Source of the DNA: Cenarchaeum sp.
Lineage (GTDB): Archaea; Thermoproteota; Nitrososphaeria; Nitrososphaerales; Nitrosopumilaceae
Assembly (NCBI GenBank): GCA_965206845.1
Contig: OZ242221.1
Span: forward strand, 1,312,001 to 1,376,000
DNA length: 64,000 bases
Direction: 5' to 3'
In this document: piece by piece, positions 57,948-64,000 of the stretch
Numbering within the stretch: position 1 is the stretch's first letter
Layout of the letters: the number at the start of each line of letters is the position of its first letter
Program-made: the position numbers and the translations under genes
Notes under the pieces: model-generated
Told to the model about the DNA's origin: nothing
What the model saw: the letters and a program-made list of their open reading frames with translations, nothing else
Database searches by the model: none

Positions 57948-60212
57948 CTAGCTCTGCCGCAGCGAGTTGAGCGCCGAGCCTGCCTGGAACCAGCGGATCT
58001 GAAGGCGGTTGTACGAGTGTGTCAGCAGAATCTCTCCCTCGGTGCCGTCGTTATGGGATATGGTACACCTTACTGGGGTACGGGGCGCCAGCCCGTTCAG
58101 GCCAGTTAGGCTGATCCGGTCATCCTCCAGTATCTTGTCATAGTCGGTAGGATTCGTAAACGTCAGCGCAAGCATTCCCTGCTTCTTTAGATTGGTCTCG
58201 TGAATCCTGGCAAAGCTTCTTGCTATCACTGCCACGCCTCCTAGGTATCTGGGTGTCATGGCCGCATGCTCCCGGCTGCTGCCCTCGCCATAGTTTCTGT
58301 CGCCTACGATTACCCAAGGTATGCCGCCCTTCTTGTACTGCTCTGCAATCTGCGAAAACGGCTCGATCGTGCCTGTCAGGGCATTTTTGCCCTGGCCGAC
58401 ATGCCCGCCAAAGGCGTTCACCGCTCCAAGCAGCATGTTGTCACTGAGGTTTGCAAGGTGGCCGCGGAAGGAGAGCCAGGCTCCCGCGGGTGATATGTGG
58501 TCCGTGGTGCACTTGCCTTTTGCCTTGATCATTACGCGCAGATTCGTCATGTCTCGGCCGTCCCAAGGCTCAAATGGCTCCAGTTTCTGCAGACGGCGAC
58601 TCCCGGGTTTGATCGACACGTCCACCTTGTCGGGCTCCTCTGACGGCGGGCTGTACACCCCGTGCGGTTTGGCGAACCCGTCCTTGGGAACCTCGGGGGC
58701 CGCAGGCGGAGGCTCCAGCCTGAACCTGCTGCCGTCCGCTGCAACAAGGTGATCCGCAACTGGGTTGAAGGACAGCCTGCCTCCAAGGGCCATGGCGACC
58801 ACCATCTCGGGACTTGCGATAAAGTTCATGGTGTCCCGGCGTCCGTCGTTTCTTCCGGGAAAGTTTCTGTTAAACGAGGTGATTATCGTGTTCTGCTTCC
58901 CGCTCTCAAGCTCGGGCCTGCTCCACTGACCGATGCACGGGCCGCACGCGTTTGCAAGAACCGTTGCGCCGATCTCCTGAAGCGACGACATCTGGCCGTC
59001 GCGCTCGATGGTGGCCCGTATGAGCTCCGAGCCCGGGGTCACCAGCAGGGGAACCTTTGCCCGGATGCCGCGCGCGCCTGCTTGCTTGGCAAGGCCTGCG
59101 GCCCGGGACATGTCCTCGTATGATGAGTTTGTGCAGCTTCCGATCAGCGCAACCGAGATCTCGTCCACATAGTGGTTGGATGCGGCGTCGTCCTCCAGCT
59201 GCGATATCGGCCTTGCAAGGTCAGGAGTGTGGGGGCCCACTATGTGCGGCTCGAGGGTCGACAGGTCGATCTCGATCACCTGGTCAAAGTACCTCTTGGG
59301 ATCCATCTCCACCTCGGGGTCGGGGACAAGAACGGACCTGTGCCTGGTTGCAAGGTCGGCAATCTCCCCGCGGTCCGTGTGCCTGAGGTAGGTCTCCATT
59401 CTGTCGTCATAGGGAAATATGGAACAGGTGGCGCCTATCTCGGCGCCCATGTTTGTTATGGTGGCCTTGCCGGTGCAGCTGATCGATCTGGCGCCGGGCC
59501 CAAAGTACTCCACAATGGCGTTGGTGCCCCCAGATACGGTAAGCAATGATGCGATCTTTAGTATGACGTCCTTGGGGGCCGTCCATCCGCTCAGCTCCCC
59601 GGCGAGATGGACCCCTATCCTTCGGGGGTAGAGGAGCTCCCAGGGCAGCCCTGCCATGACCTCTGCGGCATCCACTCCGCCGACACCAACGGCGACCATA
59701 CCCAGCCCGCCTGCATTGGGGGTGTGCGAGTCGGTGCCGATCATGAGCCCTCCGGGAAACGCATAGTTCTCCAGCACCACCTGGTGGATGATCCCCGCAC
59801 CAGGTCGCCAAAAGCCGCAGCCGTACCTGGACGCGGCAGACTCTAAAAACTGAAAGACCTCGCTGTTCTCGTCCAAGGATGTCCTGATATCGGTCTCGCC
59901 CTCGACTCTGGCCCGGATGAGGTGATCACAGTGGATTGTCGTCGGGATGGCTGCCTGCTTCACACCTGCGGACATGAACTGGAGCATCACCATCTGCCCC
60001 GTGACATCCTGGAGCGCCACCCTGTCTGGCATCAGAAAGACGTAACCCGCTTCCTGGTCCAGGCTCTCCTCGGGCATCTCTGCCAGGTGTCCGGACAGGA
60101 TCTTCTCGGAGAGTGTAAGGGGTCTGCCCACAACGCGCCTGTAAGCTGCCGAGTTCTTCTCCAGCCTCTCATACACCGACGACACCATCGCCTGCGTGGT
60201 CTCGATCTCCAT
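57948..60212 (-). CDS. acnA: aconitate hydratase
   Basis: HCDH, GTDSHT, IGSCTNSS, ACGPCIG, TTDHISPAG and NYGEGSSREHA motifs. Confidence 0.96.
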   Translation of the reverse strand: MEIETTQAMVSSVYERLEKNSAAYRRVVGRPLTLSEKILSGHLAEMPEESLDQEAGYVFLMPDRVALQDVTGQMVMLQFMSAGVKQAAIPTTIHCDHLIRARVEGETDIRTSLDENSEVFQFLESAASRYGCGFWRPGAGIIHQVVLENYAFPGGLMIGTDSHTPNAGGLGMVAVGVGGVDAAEVMAGLPWELLYPRRIGVHLAGELSGWTAPKDVILKIASLLTVSGGTNAIVEYFGPGARSISCTGKATITNMGAEIGATCSIFPYDDRMETYLRHTDRGEIADLATRHRSVLVPDPEVEMDPKRYFDQVIEIDLSTLEPHIVGPHTPDLARPISQLEDDAASNHYVDEISVALIGSCTNSSYEDMSRAAGLAKQAGARGIRAKVPLLVTPGSELIRATIERDGQMSSLQEIGATVLANACGPCIGQWSRPELESGKQNTIITSFNRNFPGRNDGRRDTMNFIASPEMVVAMALGGRLSFNPVADHLVAADGSRFRLEPPPAAPEVPKDGFAKPHGVYSPPSEEPDKVDVSIKPGSRRLQKLEPFEPWDGRDMTNLRVMIKAKGKCTTDHISPAGAWLSFRGHLANLSDNMLLGAVNAFGGHVGQGKNALTGTIEPFSQIAEQYKKGGIPWVIVGDRNYGEGSSREHAAMTPRYLGGVAVIARSFARIHETNLKKQGMLALTFTNPTDYDKILEDDRISLTGLNGLAPRTPVRCTISHNDGTEGEILLTHSYNRLQIRWFQAGSALNSLRQS

Positions 60213-60343
60213 GGGAATAAGGCGGGTTTGACCTGAATTTATTGGTTCCAGTAGTGGCGCTGGCATGCTCCCAGATGCAGGCGCTGGCTGCATACCGGCC
60301 GGCGTGCGCAATTTTTTTTAACTGCACTTGGTATAGTTCTGAT

Positions 60344-61099
60344 ATGGCTATACTAGAGATCACAGGGGTCAAGAAGAGTTTTGGCGGACTCAAGGTGCTT
60401 GACGGAATAGACCTGACGGTGGAGGAGGGAACGGTATGCCAGCTTGTCGGACCCAACGGCTGTGGCAAAACCACGCTGATCAACCTAATAACCGGACTTC
60501 TAGAGTCCGACGAGGGCAAGATCGTCTTTGACGGGCAGGATCTCACAAAAAAGGGACTCCTCCAGAGCTATCAGGCCGGATTGATTCGGACATGGCAGAC
60601 GCCCCAGCCGTTTGTAAACCTTACCTCCTCGGAGACCCTCATGACGGCAAGTCCGGACAACCCGGGCGAGTCGTTCATATACGCCTTGGCAAGGGGCTTG
60701 TGGAGTGGTGCAGAGCGTTCCATCCTGAAGCGCAGCCGTGGCGTGGGAGAGAGGATCAACCTGATAAAGAAGAGCGAGACGCTAAGCGGGAACCTCAGCG
60801 GAGGCCAGCAGAAGCTCTTGGAGCTTGGGAAGACGATGATGGCCGGCTCAAAGCTGATTCTACTTGACGAGCCCATTGCAGGTGTTAACCCCAAGCTGGC
60901 ATTGGAGATATTTGGGAATATTAGGGACATGTGCAAGAAGCAGGGAATTACATTCCTGTTTGTGGAGCACAGGCTAGACATCTCGTTCCAGTACACGGAC
61001 AAGGTCTTTGCGCTGAACCGGGGGAAGATAATCGCCGAGGGCACGGCAGAAGAGGTCGTAAGCCACCCCGAAGTAATGGAGTCATACCTGGGTAATTAG
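60344..61099 (+). CDS. livG: branched-chain amino acid ABC transporter ATPase (LivG-like)
   Basis: GPNGCGKTT, LSGGQ, LLDEP and YLG C-terminus. Confidence 0.9.
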   Translation: MAILEITGVKKSFGGLKVLDGIDLTVEEGTVCQLVGPNGCGKTTLINLITGLLESDEGKIVFDGQDLTKKGLLQSYQAGLIRTWQTPQPFVNLTSSETLMTASPDNPGESFIYALARGLWSGAERSILKRSRGVGERINLIKKSETLSGNLSGGQQKLLELGKTMMAGSKLILLDEPIAGVNPKLALEIFGNIRDMCKKQGITFLFVEHRLDISFQYTDKVFALNRGKIIAEGTAEEVVSHPEVMESYLGN

Positions 61100-61849
61100 A
61101 TGTCTGACACAAAAGATGCCGTCATTCGCGTGGGATCACTTGAAGCAGGGTACGCCCAGAGCCACGTGCTCTTTGGGGTCGACTTTGAGGCAAGGGAGAA
61201 GCAGATTACGGTGATAGTGGGGCCAAACGGGTGCGGCAAGAGCACCCTGCTCAAGAGCATATTTGGCCTTACCAACATCTACTCTGGCACCATAACCTAC
61301 AAGAATGAGAGCATTGGGGGCCTTGACCCACATGTCATTGCAAGAAAGAAGATAGCGTACCTGCCGCAGGTGAAGAATGTCTTTACAAACCTTACCGTAA
61401 AGGAGAACCTGGTGATGGCAAGCTACACGTTTGGCTCCAAGGAGTTTGGCGAGCGGCTGCCAGATCTCCTTCGCACGTTTCCCGAGCTTAAAAAACACGA
61501 GCGCTCAAAGGCCGGCGACCTCAGCGGGGGCCAGCGCCAGATGCTTGCAATGGCAATGGCTCTGATAAGACGGCCCGAGGCACTCCTCTTTGACGAGCCC
61601 ACTGCCAGCCTGTCGCCAAAGCTTGCAGCCGAGGTGCTTGACCGGATAAAACTTGTGCGAAAAGAGTACGAAATTACCATCATTCTGGTGGAGCAGAACA
61701 TCAAGCAGGCGCTAAATATAGGCGATATCGTGTACCTTCTGGCAAACGGTAAGAACATATACAACGGCAAGGCGTTGGATCTGCTGGCAAACAAGGATCT
61801 GGGCAGGATGTATCTGGGAACCCATACAAAGACCGATGAAGACGACTGA
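61100..61849 (+). CDS. livF: branched-chain amino acid ABC transporter ATPase (LivF-like)
   Basis: GPNGCGKST, LSGGQRQML and LVEQN motifs. Confidence 0.9.
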   Translation: MSDTKDAVIRVGSLEAGYAQSHVLFGVDFEAREKQITVIVGPNGCGKSTLLKSIFGLTNIYSGTITYKNESIGGLDPHVIARKKIAYLPQVKNVFTNLTVKENLVMASYTFGSKEFGERLPDLLRTFPELKKHERSKAGDLSGGQRQMLAMAMALIRRPEALLFDEPTASLSPKLAAEVLDRIKLVRKEYEITIILVEQNIKQALNIGDIVYLLANGKNIYNGKALDLLANKDLGRMYLGTHTKTDEDD

Positions 61850-62040
61850 GCTGTGACAAGCGGGCCGCTGTTCTGTCTTGATCCCGGGTATGGGGCTGGC
61901 AGCCGCTGCGCGCCTGCGCAACCGGGTATCTTGCGACACGAGGCAGCTGGTGCCACGAGGCCGCCTTGCATGCGGCGCCCTGCGCAGCCGCGGGCCGCCG
62001 TCAAGGTTTATTGCCAACGCGCCACACCATACGTAGGGGT

Positions 62041-62574
62041 ATGGTACGAGCTATAGTTCTGGTGGGCTTTGCGGTTCCTGCGATAATCGCATCCCTCCTT
62101 GCCGTCTCGCTGGTCTCGCAGCCGGACATACCGTTCTCCGCTGCAAACCCCCGGGATTCCATCAGCATCGAGTACACAAAGCACCAGGTGATCGTAGTCT
62201 CGCACGGCGTCACCGAGAGGGCAGGCGCCCAGAAGACCGAGATACTGGAGATCCAAAGCGACGGGAACGCAAGATACTATTTGGTCGAAGACGGCGCGTC
62301 TGCGCCAAGCGTGCGCGGGAGCCTGGACGAGGCCCAGCTGCAGAGGCTCAAGGCGGTAATCAAGGAGACCGGGTTTATCGCCGTTCCGCCCGAGTCGTTT
62401 CCCGTGATGGACGGGATCGACCGGTACCAAAAGTCGTCCGTCAAGGTTACGCTAAACGGCGTCACAACCGAGGTGCGCTGGCCCGAGCAGAACGCCACAT
62501 CCAAGTTCATTCCGCCCATCATCGCCATGATCGAGGCGGAGCTGGACAGCGTGATCAACGAAATCCGTAAATAA
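62041..62574 (+). CDS. conserved hypothetical exported/membrane-anchored protein
   Basis: N-terminal hydrophobic helix after ATG at 62041. Confidence 0.7.
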   Translation: MVRAIVLVGFAVPAIIASLLAVSLVSQPDIPFSAANPRDSISIEYTKHQVIVVSHGVTERAGAQKTEILEIQSDGNARYYLVEDGASAPSVRGSLDEAQLQRLKAVIKETGFIAVPPESFPVMDGIDRYQKSSVKVTLNGVTTEVRWPEQNATSKFIPPIIAMIEAELDSVINEIRK

Positions 62575-62604
62575 ATACAAATAGCGAGTGCGCGGTACGG
62601 TGGT

Positions 62605-63561
62605 ATGATACCTCTTTCAGGAGACCGCCGTAAAGCGAGCGGGATGACCGAGTCTGGCGGGTCGGCGCGGGGCACATCGACCCTCAAGCGCGGCTTTGCC
62701 CACATGCTCAAGGGCGGCGTGGTGATGGATGTCACCACAGCCGCGCAGGCCCGGATTGCAGAGGAGGCAGGCGCGGTGTCTGTGATGGTTCTAGACAAGC
62801 TGCCGTCTGATGTGAGGGCGGCAGGCGGCGTGGCAAGGACCGCCAGTGTCAGGATCATTCAGGAGATTATGGATGCGGTGACGATTCCCGTCATGGCAAA
62901 GTGCAGGATAGGGCACGTCTACGAGGCGCGTGTCTTGTATGATGCGGACGTGGACATGATCGACGAGTCCGAGGTGCTGACACCTGCAGACGAGCGCCAC
63001 CACATATGGAAGTGGGACTTTACCACGCCCTTTGTCAACGGGGCGCGCTCGCTGGCAGAGGCGCTACGGCGGGTCGAGGAGGGGGCCGCCATGATAAGGA
63101 CAAAGGGGGAGCCTGGCACCGGCAACGTGGCAGAGGCCATCACGCACATCAAGCGGGTCAACGATGAGATGCGCATGATAAAGTCCGTGTATGACGCAGG
63201 CGACTTGCAGGATCTGATCCGCATATCCCGGGAGTTTCGCGTGTCCTACGATCTGGTCGAGGAGACGGCACGCCTGGGCAGGCTGCCGGTAGTGAACTTT
63301 GCAGCCGGCGGAATTGCGACGCCGGCAGACGCGGCATACCTGATGTCCTTGGGCTGCGACGGCATATTCGTGGGCTCGGGGATATTCAAGGCCGCAGATG
63401 CCATGGAGAGGGCGCAGGCGGTCGTGCTTGCGACCACATTCTGGCAGGACGCTGGCAGGGTGAGGGCGGCCCAGGAGATGATCGACGAGAGGCAGTCTAT
63501 GCTGGGGCTAGACGTAAACACGCTGGATCTTAGGATGCAGGAGCGGGGCGGTTCGGCATGA
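62605..63561 (+). CDS. pdxS: pyridoxal 5'-phosphate synthase lyase subunit
   Basis: [18 protein letters not shown] and [12 protein letters not shown] motifs. Confidence 0.97.
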   Translation: MIPLSGDRRKASGMTESGGSARGTSTLKRGFAHMLKGGVVMDVTTAAQARIAEEAGAVSVMVLDKLPSDVRAAGGVARTASVRIIQEIMDAVTIPVMAKCRIGHVYEARVLYDADVDMIDESEVLTPADERHHIWKWDFTTPFVNGARSLAEALRRVEEGAAMIRTKGEPGTGNVAEAITHIKRVNDEMRMIKSVYDAGDLQDLIRISREFRVSYDLVEETARLGRLPVVNFAAGGIATPADAAYLMSLGCDGIFVGSGIFKAADAMERAQAVVLATTFWQDAGRVRAAQEMIDERQSMLGLDVNTLDLRMQERGGSA

Positions 63562-64000
63562 GCAGGATTACCGTGGGCGTCCTGGGACTTCAGGGAGACG
63601 TTGCAGAGAATGTGTCGTCCATCCGACAGGCGCTAGACGACGCCGGACGGGCCGGCAATGTCATCCCGGTGAAGACATCACAGGATGTTGTGCGCATCGA
63701 CGGGCTTGTAATTCCCGGCGGCGAGAGCACCACCATCGGCCGGATGTCGATGCTTGGGGGCATGCTGGAGTCGGTCAGGGACAGGATCCTGTCCGGAGTG
63801 CCCGTGTTTGGCATCTGTGCGGGAATGGTCCTGCTCTCAAAGAACACCCGGGACTTGGTGGTCGGGGAGACGAACCAGGCGCTTCTGGGAATACTTGATG
63901 TGGACGTGGAGCGCAACTCCTTTGGAAGGCAGCGGCAGTCCTTTGAGAGGCAGGTGGATATGACCACTGCCGGAATCCCGAGCTTTACCGGCGTCTTCAT
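63558..64000 (+). CDS. pdxT: pyridoxal 5'-phosphate synthase glutaminase subunit (runs off the window end)
   Basis: [20 protein letters not shown] and RNSFGRQ motifs. Confidence 0.95.
   Translation, partial: MSRITVGVLGLQGDVAENVSSIRQALDDAGRAGNVIPVKTSQDVVRIDGLVIPGGESTTIGRMSMLGGMLESVRDRILSGVPVFGICAGMVLLSKNTRDLVVGETNQALLGILDVDVERNSFGRQRQSFERQVDMTTAGIPSFTGVF

Overview
Core-genome segment of a GC-rich ammonia-oxidizing archaeon (Nitrosopumilaceae-like thaumarchaeote; the insertion-sequence load and a branched-chain amino acid ABC transporter suggest, but do not prove, a host-associated lineage). It carries the ammonia monooxygenase cluster (amoB, amoC, amoX, amoA and probable amoY/amoZ), 5S rRNA, five tRNAs (three with introns), pentose phosphate genes, translation genes (rps3ae, rps15, serS, trpS, pheS, pheT), aconitase and pdxST. 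It also holds about ten mobile elements or remnants: IS110, IS481 x2, IS5-like x3, ISH3, an IS66 remnant, a 130-bp MITE and a TnpB element. The top candidates for something new are: (1) a TnpB gene with intact RuvC catalytic residues and no TnpA, bracketed by ~49-bp terminal inverted repeats; (2) an archaeal IS110 whose upstream noncoding region folds into a two-loop, bridge-RNA-like structure; (3) an unassigned ~230-nt structured noncoding RNA candidate between pheT and an EVE-domain gene; (4) amoC enclosed by two co-oriented IS481 copies. All calls come from reading the sequence by eye; no searches or folding programs were run.
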